A DNA stretch of 64,000 bases from Spongospora subterranea f. sp. subterranea. Taxonomy: Eukaryota. The notes beneath the pieces are model-generated. The model made no database searches, was not told the DNA's origin, and saw nothing but the letters and a program-made list of their open reading frames with translations. The DNA lies in contig JAUGWO010000156.1 in the NCBI GenBank assembly GCA_049724395.1, positions 1 through 64,000 on the forward strand, in the 5' to 3' direction. Shown one piece after another: positions 49,342 to 63,402 of the stretch (positions are counted from its first letter, which is position 1; each line of letters begins with the position of its first letter). Position numbers and translations under genes: made by a program.

Positions 49342-49825
49342 TAAAGATCAAAGTCAACCTTGCTCATATTGCCGATATGTACATGGAATCGCCCTGCTGC
49401 ATGATGCTCATTGATAATCAGTCGGACTGGTTACGTTGATGATATTGGCGCTTTGACATATTTGAGAATGGATTGGTGTGTGCCATGAGAGTGCCTTCGT
49501 TGAAAGCTTGAGCGATTTCCAGAAAGAATTGAACCGTACTCATGACGCAATTTAAACTTAAATTCCTGTCGTGTGCTAACAGTTTGTCAAAGACCGATTT
49601 TTGTTGTTCGATCAAGATTTTTTCAATTATCTTGCGTTTTTCATGAAAATATTTCCAAGTATTGCCGGGTGTGAAATCCAGTTTGCTCGTTGCATCAGCG
49701 ACCAAAATTTTGCTGCCGCTTTGATGTTGACTGCGAGTATACGTTGTAGATCGGAGCGGTGACTTCCTCGTCACAGGAACCAATCTAGTGCATATGGTCA
49801 ACGATCTTTGAAAACTCAGGGTAAA

Positions 49826-50976
49826 ATGATCATCGTTCAACTGGTACTGATGTTCCTACACGTGTCCACAGCTGCATTGCCGCCATTTTACCATTCAACT
49901 GGGGCAATACACGATGCCCTCGTGCAAATGGCCAACGGGAGTTCACATGCCCGGATGGTATTTTTCGAACACTACACTACAACGAGTCAAACTTGATCAG
50001 GGTTAATAACTGAGCTACAGGAGACACACTATTTCGCCCAGAGTAATGGTGAGATTGATTACGTCGACTCCTTCAAGCTATCGCAATCTGCGACAGATCC
50101 TGTGCCTTCATCTAAGTTGAGGGTTTTACTCGTGTTTGGTGAACATGGTCGGGAGTTGATCACGTCGGAAATTGCCCTTCATCTAATCAGTATGAATCCG
50201 GCTCAGGCTTGTCATTAAGGTGTTCTAACGTCTTGAATAGCGACCTTGCTATCTCAAAACGATTCAGATATTCTCAGCATTGCAGACATCACTGTGGTTC
50301 CAGTGCTAAGTACTTGGTCAAGGAACAATGCCCTATTGCACGACCCATGCATTAGAAAAAACAGCAACGGAGTCGATTTGAACCGGAATTGGGATTTCAA
50401 GTGGATGACAAACAGTTCCGTCAGATATCAATGACACTCTGGATTGGTTTACCAACGCAATGGTTTAGGCAATCCAGATGACGAGACATATTCCGGAAAC
50501 TTCCCTTTTTCAGAAGAGGAATCCAATTTTTTGTTGAAATCTGCCAAGGCGTTTCGGCCACATCTGTACATCAACGTGCACAGCGGTATCAAAGAGATTT
50601 ACTACGGTTGGGACTACAAAATGGAATCAGTTTCTAAATCGGCGTTATCCATAGCTGTATCTGAGCATCTGGTGGGCATTCACTCGACAACTGTCAGACG
50701 GTTGCTGATGTTCGTTAGGAGTCAATTTGTCAATGTCGATCAGGGGGAGGTGGTATTCTTGGAGGATATCTCGCATTTGGAACGAGCATGGATTATATAT
50801 ATGCAGTTCTTGGAGCGCAAGCGTCGCTAACGTTCGAAGTATTTGGAAAGGACGGGTTTGATTGCTTCGAAATGTTTAATCCTACTACAGAAGAGGAATA
50901 TTACGACACTCTTGAGAACTGGAGTGTGATCATTATGGAAGCAATCCGATTTACAGCATCACAGTCAGACGAATAA
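49826..50976 (+). CDS. Secreted zinc carboxypeptidase, family M14 (multi-exon)
   Basis: Signal-like MIIVQLVLMFLHVSTA, GEHGRELI (HxxE), RKNSNGVDLNRNW, YSGNFPFSEEE, INVHSG, GTSMDYIY and TFEVFG (catalytic E). Confidence 0.9.
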
Positions 50977-51058
50977 TAGATTCATTAATAAATATACACT
51001 GGTAAGTATAATCACACTGATATAGATATACCCAACTTGGGCGACATTGCAAACAACT

Positions 51059-54000
51059 TTACATCGTTTCATGCTTTTGGCGACGCCTTGGACCACGAGC
51101 CAGGGATTCATTCTTCCTCTTCTTTTCCGTTATCGTTAGATTCGGATCGAACAACCTCTGGCGACATCGACTATTCAATATTTGCTGAGCAGAAAAAATA
51201 TACCTTACATGTCCCTGGTCAGCGTTGACAACCAGCCGCCTAGAACGTGCATCTTCAACAAGATCCGCCCAGACAGACTTTGAAGAAGATAAACTCCGAG
51301 AGCATCCAACGATCAAACATGATCTGTTTAATGAAGTACTGAATAAGTAAAAAATGAGAAAATTTAAAGCGAGTAAGGTACTCTTTGGCTCGAGTGATAG
51401 AAACGACAAGGCGGCGAGGATCTGCAACAAAACCTTGAAGCAACATTAATGAATCGGAAGTTGGTGTGGAACAGTGTAAAATTACCCAATCCTCTGTCAC
51501 CAGAGTGCGCATTTGAAGCACGCACTGCTGATATAATGATGATATCGCGCTCTTGCCCTTGGAAACTGTCAACGGTCCTGACATCCGGCAGGTTGATACG
51601 CAAAGTTGCCGCCTATGAAGAAAAATCAGCTCATTTCTTGGTCAAGATTTGAATTTACTTGGCGAAGAATTTCTCGAACTTGGGCCTGATATGGAGTGAT
51701 AATACCGACGGACGGAGGTTTGCAACCAGATTGAGACACAACATCGTTAATATGGCGAAAAAGCATAGCAACAAAAATCGCTTCTGTTGGATTAGCCTTT
51801 GATCGATCGACCTGAATGTCTTCGCTAGGAACATCGAAAAACAGATAAGGTTGAATAAGGCGGTCAGAATAAAACGAAGGAGGGGCGCGAAGTGATGCGC
51901 TGCGAAGCTTGCCATCGTAAAACCTGGCGGAAGGGAATGCGCAAATTCTGTAGACACGATTTTGATATCAGTACAGTCAACAACTGAGAGCATGATACAT
52001 ACTCTGGATGCATTCTATATTGGTCGGTCAACATGATTGGCTTCATGACCGTCTCCAAACGCTCAAACAAAGATCTGCTGAGCCCGTTCTTCTCGGCGGC
52101 TTGTGATATCACTGCGAAATTGTCAAACAATTTTCCATCGAAACAAGATATTAGCACCTGTTGCAGGAAGTTGACGAGGATCACCAACAAGAATAAGCTT
52201 GCGACACGAATATTGTAGGGGAATGAGACTTTCAACCTCTTGAGCTTGTGCCGCTTCATCGATTATTACTGTGTGGAAACCATGTGGCGCATTTGAAACA
52301 ATGCTAGAACCACTCCCAGATAAAGTCGAAACCAGAACACTGGCGTCTGCGACTAACTTCGCCCTAATTTCCTGAATTATAAAACTAATCAGCTCAGTTC
52401 AACACAGAAACTAAAACAACAAACTTGCGAAGATTGCCGTTGATTTCCGGAAGTCGATGGGTTGCCATGATTTGTTTGCGATCCAATTCTAAGTTGGGAC
52501 AACTGAGTCGCGGCTGCAAGCTTGTCTAGAGCAACAGATTCTGCACGAGACCCTACTGTAACATTTCCACCAATTCGAATAAGAGGATATTCGATTCCAG
52601 GTGAAATACTCTATGACGTATTCACACTTGAGAAAAATAAGAGCCACAACGTAGACGCTGCGCAAAAGTACCTGGATATTTGCATCAATTAGGCGAGACG
52701 TCAATTCATCTGCTGCTGCATTGGACGGGGTGCAAACTAATATGTGAACACCACGAGCTTTTCTCCATCCAGGGACTCCACGTGACAGAGAGGCTCTGCT
52801 TTGTTCTGCCAGCAGTGTTTTTATCAATGCCACTATAACCGTAGTTTTCCCTGTACCAGGAGGGCCTTCCACCGCGAGTTTAGATTCAGAATGAACATTA
52901 AAATGAAATGTACCTTGAAGAAGAATGATTGGACAAGAGGAAGTAAGAGTTTGTTCAATAGCAGATGTTTGACAACTATTCAGGCAAACAGCATGCTCAA
53001 GGGTTGTTGAAGTCGATGTTGACCGTTCAGAATACAAGTCAGCGCCCATAACAATTTGGGAAGATAAGCGAAGGCGCTGGACGGTTTCCAACGCCCGTGT
53101 GTTGCGGATGTACGTAGTCATTGAGCAAACACGCACATAGCACCATTTCGGTTTGTCTTGATCCTCCTTCCATGGGGGCATGACTCGGATTAAAAGACGG
53201 CTGCCGTTTGATGACCCGTCCACAAGCCCAAATTTTGCTGACTCAGGAACAAGACCAGATGTAGTTCTGGTTTGAAAAGGCCATAGAGCGACAAGATCAT
53301 TCTCAACAACACGAGCCTGCTCAGACACCTCAACAGGCGAAAACAGCAACAAAATCCCAGGAAGAGCTGCAGTCGCTGTTTGATCTCGTCCGACCGCAGA
53401 GATGGTAGCAGGCTCTGAAACTCGCAACTGACTCAGATCGGCATGGATGCTAGCACGAGCTTCTTCAAGCAACAGCGGACCGAAATAGCGACGATAGGCA
53501 ATGAGATCAGGAAACTTTTGATATCGTTTTGTGGAAAATTGAGCGGAGATTTGGTCACGAAGAAAGGGACCTACAACTTCACGAGTAGACCAATTGAGAA
53601 CTTGTTCAATGAAATGAGATACGCCCCTCAGTGGAAGGTTCGCGATTTCCTGAGCAGTTTTAGCTGAAATTTCAGAATCCTTATTAGGATGAGGACCTAT
53701 CGCGGCACGGCGACGAAGCAGCGCCTTTTTTGCTGTTGTTAACGGCTTAATCACGATGTTCTTTATCATTGCTTGTTGGGATCCTGAAACGTCAACATAG
53801 TCTCGAAGAGATTCCAATCCCGCTCGATATGATGCGATTTTGTCCGAAGAAGAAGCAACTGCCTTAGATTCAAGCCAATAACTTTGCATTGTCTGCGGTT
53901 TTTGACATGAAGGTACATTCACAATTCCGTTAAGCTTTACCACTTTCGAGGCTGGGGCAATCTGAGAACGGGAACTCTTAGGCACAACCTTGATTGAAGA

Positions 54001-56772
54001 AGATATTGTTGGGTTTTGCGATTTCAAACTGGTCGCTGGGTAAAATTTTTGGGAAGCTGCAAGCATAACCGATGGCTTCTTAGGTGGATCCGCTAGGGCA
54101 TCATCATTAAGTTGAGCCGCAGAAATTGATGGAATGTGAGTTGACACCATAGGGAGAGTGAATGAAACGATATGAGCACTATCGTCGACATTCAGGCGGT
54201 CACCAAGTATATCCGGTAAAATCTGTGAAAGATAATTTAGATGAGATGTATCCGACAATCCATGTTCATAAAGCCAAATAGCATCGTTTGATAAATTTTT
54301 AAGAGTGTCACGGAAAGTGGATTTTTCTTCGGGGCATGATCGAAGATATCGGCGAACGAACTGAAACCATCGACGACGAGTTGACACAGGAATACGCTCA
54401 CGCATGGACAGCCAATTTTTCAGAATATCCGAAAAGGGCAACCTTGGATCAGCAAGTGATCCTAGAAGAATGGAGGCAAGGTCAAAAACAGCAGAAAACG
54501 TGCGATCAAATTGCTGCATTGTGTAAAATACATGACCCGACGCGATGATGCTAACCATAGAATCCCATAATCGAGCGAGGGGCACTTTTTCCAATTGATC
54601 CGAAACGGTGATTTCACCGTGTTTACAGACAAGAAGTTTTTGCAACCAAAACGACATTCCAAAAAGATATTGAAATGACAACCTGCGCACATTATCGTTG
54701 AAGTTGGAAGCAATATTGAGCAAGTTTGCGAAGCTTTTCCGAACAGCCGGCTTAGTACAGTGTTCAACGCAAGTATTGGACATCTTGGTGAAAGCCGGGC
54801 AATCTAACCTTAAAAGAGCCGATAAACAATCGGAAATGGTGATTGCATTGTCGTCGAGGCAATGCATTGATTTAACAAGATGACGAATTACAGCACTGAT
54901 ATGAATGGACGTTTCAGGATACGCGACTAAGCAAAATACAAGCTTGTTAATCACGTCTATTCGATCAGCAAAAATTGCAAGAGTAGCATTAAGATCAGTA
55001 GACAGCGATTGCAGATAGGTTTGCATGGCTGTTCTTATGGACATATACACAAGTATGTGTTGGTCAACACCGTGCGAAGTCAGATACAAAACAGAGGGAT
55101 GAACCGAGGTGGCAGAACAAAGAATGTCTAAAAGAAGCGAGTGCAGTGCAGAGGGAATGTTGGATATAGGGACTGATGTGATTTCTGACCAGATAGCATT
55201 GGAGATCAACAAATTTTTACAGCGATTATCGGCTGAAAACCCCATAGCTTCGGGTTGTGTAGCAAAATTAGCTAGAACTTCAAAATCATGATTAAGAACA
55301 TCAAGTATGATACCGCAGGCTTCTTCTGCGACGGGAATTCTTACAAAATCAGGGCACCCTCTAAGAAAGTTCACGAAATCCGAGCAGTCAAAGGACACTC
55401 CAATGGAGACAATTCCGTCGGCAGCAATGTCGCAGCAAGACACGGCTGTATAGTGCAGATTTGATTCAAACAACGATTTGATGATGCTGAAGATAGCTCG
55501 CCAGCAACATACTTTTGATTCGTATGTAACGTCAGGATCTTGAGGAAGCAGAGTTGATGAGTGAGTTTTCAAAAAATGAACAGCAGTTGAACAAAACTTA
55601 TGATGTTCATCAGCTGGCAATGACAGCACAAATTTTGGTATGGTAGCAATGGTCAAAGAGCTGATGTATGATCTCATACTCAACATCGTGCGGCTGCTAC
55701 TTCCGTATATAATGGCATGTTGAAACGCATCTGCCATGACAGAAGGGGATATTATACTATCGGAAACCCAGAGCAACTCTCCAGCATGTTGGCATAGACA
55801 AGAAAAACACGACAAAATAGCGGAGTACAGATCTTTGGGAATATCCTCAGAAAATGGAACATGCGTACCATCTGGCGCGACGTTGATCAAGCCAGAATGC
55901 GAAAACAATTTTAGCAGAAATACTGGTGACCCACATAAAAGAAGGCTGGACACATTCGGCCACAGAGAATCAGGAACAATAGAGAGCAGTATTACATATT
56001 CCACTCCAAAATGAAGACTTGTTATAGAGAAACCCTCGAAATTCGCAGTCTTCGTGGGCAAAAGCGTTTTTAACTAAAATGTTGCGGCATTCATGCAATG
56101 CAGAAATGAAAGCACCATCGGAAGAATCGATGCGAGAAGCGTTTCCTCTACATAGACTTTGAGCCCATGAACGAATCACTGGGTCAGGATGCACGCAAAA
56201 CAAGTAAACTCCTGCCAAGAGCGATCCTTCGTTCGACCGGACAGTGGAGTTCAGAGAAGGTGAATGCAAATTTTTCGTCATATAGCATACAATGGCGGCA
56301 TTTAGGTCAGGATGTCGGCTTAACTGTGGACGGCGTAAAAATTCATACAATGCGTTCTGAAGGACTGAATTTTTTAACCGAACTGAATCTGCTTCTATCA
56401 TATGCGACTCGAGCACGTCAATTGAGTAAATTTCGAATCGCTCATGCAAACCGCGCAAATAAGCTAAATACGAATGAAAATTGATGAAGCAACAAGCAAC
56501 CACATGTAGTCACCATTAACACTATCGGACCATCTAGTGATACAATCGCGGCAATTGATTCGGGACAGAATCCTCTGCAAGCAGACCCAAAATTCAGTTT
56601 CAGGAAACTCGAGAAGCCCGCAGAGAAATTTGGCTGTGCCCGGGTAAAGACACCATATATGTTCCTGATCGCCAAACAGCTGGATCAGCCTCCTGTACAT
56701 ACTCCACCTATCATCTGATGTACAAGCGGGGTCTGATATTATCCTTTCAGCGTCAATAGCAGCATCTTCCAT
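51059..56772 (-). CDS. SEN1: Sen1/senataxin-like Upf1-family SF1 helicase (multi-exon)
   Basis: Sen1_N-like start (HIWC...CRDCITRW; HPDPVIRSWA), QGPPGTGKT, ILVCTPSNAAADE, IIDEAAQ, GDPRQLPAT, SLFERL, QYRMHP, TVDSFQGQERD and RRLVVSITRAK. Confidence 0.92.
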
Positions 56773-57402
56773 TGTCGCCTTCGCCGCCTCGCCAGTGAAC
56801 TCTCACGGTCATCAGGCACATAAACCTCCGACCAACAGCGAATAAGCAACTCTGCCATTATAAAACGCACACCGAACAGTTCGTACCAATTATAACAAAT
56901 GATAATGGGGATCAGATCAACCCCAAACTTCAGGGAAACGTTAACACTGCTGGCTCTGCTAGTGTAGAGTGGACCACACGGAACTGTATCACGGACATTA
57001 TCCCATGTCGCGCTCAGTCACTGTCAGTGTTGATGAAATGAGTGTTGACGCAGCCCGCAGCTATAACTGCACTGCAGTCACGGGTCAACGATACGGTTGG
57101 TCAAATCACAACAGGTACATACAGTACAACGTCAATCTAAGGAATCTTGAAATGAATCTCTGTCGATCGTAGTACAAGACTGCTTTCGTGCTTACATGCA
57201 CCGGAAACAGGTTCCTCAAATGACTTAAGGACGGAAGTTTTCTGTCGTGGAAAATTTTAGTCGAAGACCGCATTCTGATTCTTGTTTGGTTTTTTAATTA
57301 ACCAGAACAGGGTGCTATTTACCTCTCGATGAACACAGAACCTTGCTCAGAACCTTGCTCGCCATTGTCAACGCATTGCAACTAAATCGGCGTCTAGTTG
57401 TT

Positions 57403-58766
57403 TCAAAAGCCGCCATTCTCGTTCATATCTGAGTTCCACAAACTGGCCGCATGTTCATTGCAAATCGACATGAACTCTTCCTCATATGGTGGTTGAAGGT
57501 TTTTCCTTAGCGATGACGTCCGCCTGATGCAATAGGCACCTGGTGTTTGGTGCACCAAAATCTCGGAAGCGTGTTCCATGTCGAGTGATGATATCTGCAT
57601 CACATTGGCTTCATCTGAACCAAATTTCATCAGCTTGCTTCGCCCCGCCGGGCAATATGCATCCAGCATTTTCAAACAGTTACATTAAAAATGGTGTCAG
57701 CAATGTGTCCTATGGAACATCGGTGAGACCTGCCAGAATGTGGGGAACGACAATGTGGTGCACCCTTTACCCCACATATGATTCGATTCTCTTCGTCCCA
57801 TGTTGCACCATCAGAGCAAACAATGGATGGGTGGGTTTTAGTGGGAGGTGAAGTAAATGATGATTTTGTGCTGGGGTTGTGGCTCCGCTGCATCGGATAG
57901 ACTGTTTCAAAACGTGGCTTCCCTGCTGCGTCGGCTCCATCGCCCGATCGTGCTTATGAAATCTCGGTCCGGCGTCGTTTCCCCGAACCGTTTCAATTTA
58001 GCTAATAAACTGCATCAATCCTTCTACGAGGCTCTACCTAGTTCTTCAAGGTTTTACTACATGTCAAACATGAGTTCAAGCGTAGCAGGGTCAATTTGCA
58101 AATCTGATATTCCCAGTTTGTTGGGGTCCGAATGCCCCTGATAATCTGGCAGATTTTCGATTTTGTTTGATGAACGCACTTTCAACGGCATCTGCATTTT
58201 GATAGAAGTTTAAAGGATCAACCAGGTGTGATTTGCTTGGAGGTGTATGTGCTATCCGAGGCAACGATTATACGGTGCCAAGATTGAAGGGAAGGGACCA
58301 AAGCCAGCCATAGATTCTCAGCAATCAGCAATACATTCACATTACAGTATAATAGGTCTGGATAGAAATTTAGCTGGCGAAAATGATTCAGGTTACGGCC
58401 GGCATAGATTAACCCGTTGATAGCTTCATGGGAGATGTTCGCCAGACCTGCGTTCATGATGTGGAAAATAATCTGCCAAAGGGTTGTTCGATCTGTCAAA
58501 CGATGACCGCTGAAGGTTTGAATATCTTCGTGTCTTGACTCACGATGGGATATTTGTATTTCATGATGACACGCATCGGCATTGCTAAATTCGACAGAGC
58601 AGTTCACTTCGAGGGGCCAGGAGACGGGGGGGACGAACAACCTCGCCAGGAGACCGGGGGGACGACCAACTTCGCCTGAGCAGGCCACCATTGGACGTAC
58701 GTACTCGATCGATACATTTCTGGAGTAGCAGTTGTCAAAGCTGCTCAGGGAAACAGAGTTGCACAT
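57403..58766 (-). CDS. Hypothetical multi-exon protein (start uncertain, 58691-58793)
   Basis: Chain of minus-strand ORFs (204, 73 and 90 aa) filling the gap between SEN1 and the next gene. No family recognised. Confidence 0.45.
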
Positions 58767-58796
58767 CTTGCTTCTGGCTTCAAGCCCGTACATAAC

Positions 58797-61381
58797 ATGT
58801 CCAGGGATCCGCTCGAGTTCGACGAACTTCACGAGGTTGAAACTTCCGATATTCAGACCGAATTGGAAGAACTTGAAGGTGAAAGTTTAGCCGAGACAGA
58901 TCCATCAGGTATTGCCATTCTCCGGTCTCACTTGGACAATCTACTTGGCTGACGACAACTGCGCCTAGAATCTGTCATTGGAACTTTACGGTATCTTCCG
59001 CCCCAGGTAAAACCAAAAACTTGGCTGAAATGCCGGCGGTTTTAACAAAGAATAACAGGCGAAAGCTAGCAAATGTGTGAATGCGCCAACGTTTGAAGGT
59101 CAAGTTGAATATCACGCGGCGACATCACTCATTAATAGCCATGTTCGTCGTTGAGTCATCATTGCCTCGACCATGGGCTGAACATGCTTGCCCTTCAGCA
59201 ATGGATAAAGTGCTGGGTCCAGGTCATAGGATGCCAAATGCTGTTTTGGCAGAAAAAAGATAGCGCCAAACCCCAAGATTCTACCTTCATCACATGGGCC
59301 CTGAACCCATCGTCGTACATAGAGGCGGCGCCAGATCAGTCGGTCATGTTGGCCAAGGTCAGCTCAGACGGTGGCGCTGCCGAGTCCCACGCAGACAGGC
59401 TGAAGAAAGAGTTCGCATTGCACTATCGGCATTATTCGGAGAGGGAATTGACTGAGCACATGATCAAGGTGATGACGCCAGGTACCACCGTCATATTTCG
59501 CTGCCAATCCGAGCAGCAGAAGCTGGCCTTCCTCGCCGGGATCGAGGCCAGCCTTCGACCCATATTCGGCGAGGAGCTCTGGGGCGAAAAGGCGGACGCG
59601 GCGAAAAAGGTGCAGCCGTTGATCAAGAAGCAAATCTTCACCCAACGATACCGCATGGAGGTCATTCTTCAATCATTAAAGAAAGCTGTACGTAATCGTT
59701 ATTCAACAACATGTTCCGTTAACGGGATATGGCGCAGGGGTTGGTAAACGCTGCTTCATCCATGTTAGCGTCCAGCGCCAAGAAATTTCAGGGAATCGTT
59801 ACGATCGCTGAAATCGGTCAAGAACCTTCGAAAGCCCAAAGTTTTCTTCATGATCCTCCACGACACTGCCTTGTATGTTCTCTGGCTATCAGGCCTTCAT
59901 CTAGAAAATCGTTGATTATATTTTAGATACTGGTTTGCGAATTCGAATTCTCCCAGGCCGGACTCGTTCATGCCTCTAAATTACGCCAGGATCAGCCTTG
60001 ATACCGATCGCGTTAGTGCTGGGAACTGGAGTTTCATCCTGACGACCCCGTTGCGGTCGTTGACCGTCACGACTCGGCACGCCATCGCATTGTGTGAATG
60101 GTTTCAAGGTTGGGCATTTGTCAGAACAACCTGAGACATGGTTCTGAATACGATGACGAAGCTATTAAGAGGGTGACTAATGAGAAGCACCCTACCGATG
60201 ATGTTGCGGGGACAACTAACCTCCTTCGCCAGCGAAAGCTTAGCATGTTTTCTGCACTGCTTCGCGGTGGGAATTTTGACGTCCAAATCCCACGAAGCGA
60301 TCTGGATTTAGTCTTGGTGGACGATATGCCCAACGCTGCCATGTTTAGCTTTGGCTCACCCCGAGAAATGAATCGCCTGCTCTCCCGAATAGTTGATCTG
60401 AGAGTGTCGGGGATCACTCTACCGGACCTGTTGAAAAGCGCAAAAGCCATCGCATTTCTGGATAAATCGTTAGGTTAGTTCAAGGTCGCCCTGATATCGT
60501 TTGGAAAAGCGTTTAAACATCGCTCCTCGTAGACCGAGTTCCCAGACGGATCATGAGCTGCCTTATGGATCTGATGTACCAAACAGAATATACGAAGGAC
60601 ACCAGACAGGCGGTTCACGCGTTGGTTGAACTAGATCCATCTTCGGAACCATCAGCAGCTTTGGTGGAAATCCTCCAATCTGACCAGAAACCCGATATAG
60701 ATCATATAAAGCAGGTTTTCCCAAACAAGAACTTGTTGCAATATTTTTCGACGTACTTATGTTTTCAATTAGGTTTTGCAGATCAGTTTGCAGCCGTCAA
60801 TTTCAGCCTTGCGATCAAAACCGGAATTTCGCATGGTCGTGCAAGAAATCCTACAAATCGGTGCCGATTTGATTGAACCCGTTACTTTCGAAAGTGTGCA
60901 AATGCATCGGTTCATACGATACTTGCTCCAATTGATCTAATCGATATACAGATCCGTCGTCGCAACTCGTGCTGGTGATCACAGACCAGAAATCCAAAAA
61001 ATCCCAGGTTGCGGTTCTCGACCCAAGCCAGTCCTGCGTCACTGTTGGTCGCGATTGCAGCAATGATATCGTTCTCAGCGATAAGCATGTCTCCCGTTCG
61101 CATGTGCGTTTAGTCTACGCTCAGACTCGTAAGCGCTATCACAGATAAAACGACTATTCGGGTTTAACTCCGATTCGTTCTCAGACGTCGAAATATTCGA
61201 CTTGGGATCGTCGACCGGAATCATTGTTAATGGCGTCCCAGTTAAGCATTGCTCGTTGGTCCCAGGTGATACGTTCACGTTAGGCTCGACAGATATCAGC
61301 TTTCAATTGCGGGAACGCACAGGGAGCAGGCTCCTGTCAAAAGTAATGCGAACGTTCAGCCACGCTTCGTTGAGGAATTAA
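58797..61381 (+). CDS. PH-domain and C-terminal FHA-domain protein (multi-exon)
   Basis: Spliced start MSRDPLEFDELHEVE...; first PH-like region FEGQVEY|QWIKCWVQV...IFRCQSEQQKLAFL; second PH-like region YWFANS...FILTTPLRSLTV...LCEW; FHA VTVGRDCSNDIVLSDKHVSRSH...DLGSSTGIIVNG...PGD...LG. Confidence 0.78.
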
Positions 61382-62035
61382 TAAACTGTGCTCGTGAAAT
61401 TGGCCGATCGGGAGAACATAGAGGAAAAAGCGAATACAATAGATCGACACTATTAAGGTCGGGTCAATTTGTATTCAAAACGGGTATTGGACAATTGCAA
61501 AGTGATATCGCGCCTTCGCGAAATGATTAAATTTCAAGTAAAAAAAAATGTAATGACAAATAATAATGCTTGAAATGTTTGTCTCAGTTCCTTTCGACAC
61601 CACGTTCTGTGTGTTCAAACCACGAAAACAGTCTCATTTGTCGAATTTACTTCTCGAACGACACTATCGACGAAGCCCTAGGACAAATCGCATCGCGTGC
61701 GTTTAGCTCAACTTTTTACCGGAGTCTCCGAGCTGACCAGGAACCGGCGGAGGTGAACCCTGATAAACCACGAGCAGCAAAACACCTCGTTCCGACATCA
61801 AAATCTGAACAATATAAGTGGGTCGAACAACCGGTCTTCGACGATCATCAACACGATACGCAGTGTATGTACACGCAGTTTTTGACCAGCCTTCCAGCTG
61901 AGGCTGCTCTCCCACTCACCGCTGTTACACTCTGCTCTTATCGAGTGGTTGCGCAGATACACTCTGAAGTGTCGATCCTTTTTTGCTGATCAGATCCTGT
62001 TGTTCATTTACATGTATTCTGGCGTGGCGGGGCCA

Positions 62036-63271
62036 ATGAGTCCTAAGAAAGGAGCACGCGCTGATGCCGATCAAGCTCGTAATCCGCTGGAGGGCATTGC
62101 TCTACCGGATGAAGCCGATCTGATCAATGATGATTGTACGAGACCATTTGTGTCCGCTTGTTATCAGTGATAGATGATATACGTTTATCAGATCCTGACC
62201 AACTTGGGATCGATGATGATGATTTTCCGGTTGGTCAAATGAGTTCATCGTGTACGCATTGACTTTTCTTGAGCGTCTTCAACTACTCATACTACACCAT
62301 ATTGTTGCAGATGCACCGCCAATTGCAACTACATTCGGGAAGAAACCTGATGTCGCTTCAGGCTCTTCTGAATCTATTCGCAGTGTGATTGATCCAAATG
62401 CTAGTTTTTGGAGACTTGACTTTTATCGGGCATATTTTGATACTGACGATAAGCAGGTGACTTCTTTGTAAATTCAGTTCACGAAAGGTCAACTTGAGTC
62501 AGGTGTTTCACCGAGTATTACGATCTCTAAACCCGTTCGGGCCCCCCTTGTATGTTGATCAAAGTCTGACATCAGATGTTGAATCTGGTTCTAAGTTCCA
62601 AGCTGAAATTTGCGGTATAGTGTGTGCTCTCGGTATCGCTATCTATCCCTATTAATCCAGCTTTTTGTATATAGGACCATTCTGGATTACGACAACACTC
62701 ATAATTTTATTAGCAATACTGGGCAATTTTTCTTCTTATCTAGCTGGGGGTGGTGGTCATGATCTAGATATGAAGAAGCTGGTGGTTGCCGCTGTAGGAC
62801 AGTAGTAATGTTTAATGGGACCGCGAATTTGACTTTTGCTCTCAAGTCAATTTTATACTGCTTTTTTGTTGGTGTTCCTGCAGTGATGTTTTTTTTTATT
62901 CGCCGATTGGAGCCATCGATAAAGTTGTTCGAGCTAATTAGTGTATATGGTTATTCACTGTCGGTCTTCATTCCAGCCAGCGTAAGTCGTGTCTTTATAA
63001 TCTGGCTAAAATTTTCATCAATAATGTAAATGTTCTTAATCGAAGCGGTTTGTTAATTTGATATGGTTAGGTCGTGTGCATCGTTAATATTAGCATACTC
63101 CGTTGGTCAATAATGCTCACGTCTTGGCTTTGTTCGTTATCGGTTGTTTTCAAGCATGTCACCAGTAGGCTTAGTGATGATGGAGTCATTAAGAAATGGG
63201 CGTTCATTGCATTGATTACTATCCCGCACTTAGCTATTGCGGTTTATATCAAGGTTGTTCATTTCCCATAG
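62036..63271 (+). CDS. Yip1-domain protein (YIPF1/YIPF2-like, multi-exon)
   Basis: FWRLDFYRAYFDTDDKQ|VFHRV, GPFWITTTLI...GN and LISVYGYSLSVFIPAS|VVCIVNISILRW. Confidence 0.88.
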
Positions 63272-63402
63272 CTGAAATTGCATTGCCTGGATTTATGTTT
63301 AATAAACTCAAAAAAGTTAAAAGTAAGTCTTTTACTTGAATTTCGATCACATGTTACTAAATGTAAAAACCACCAGTTTCCATCAAAATGCCTCCCACCG
63401 TA

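Noticed and set aside
52489..56061. 1190-aa ORF as a stand-alone gene
   Set aside because: It is the central exon block of SEN1 read through in-frame introns; the helicase motifs continue in downstream exons.
57170..57275. Sm-site-like AAATTTTAG plus small hairpin and an upstream ATCCCATGTCG, as a minor snRNA
   Set aside because: No convincing match to U1, U2, U4, U5, U11 or U12 cores, and the spacing is inconsistent; an Infernal search would be needed.
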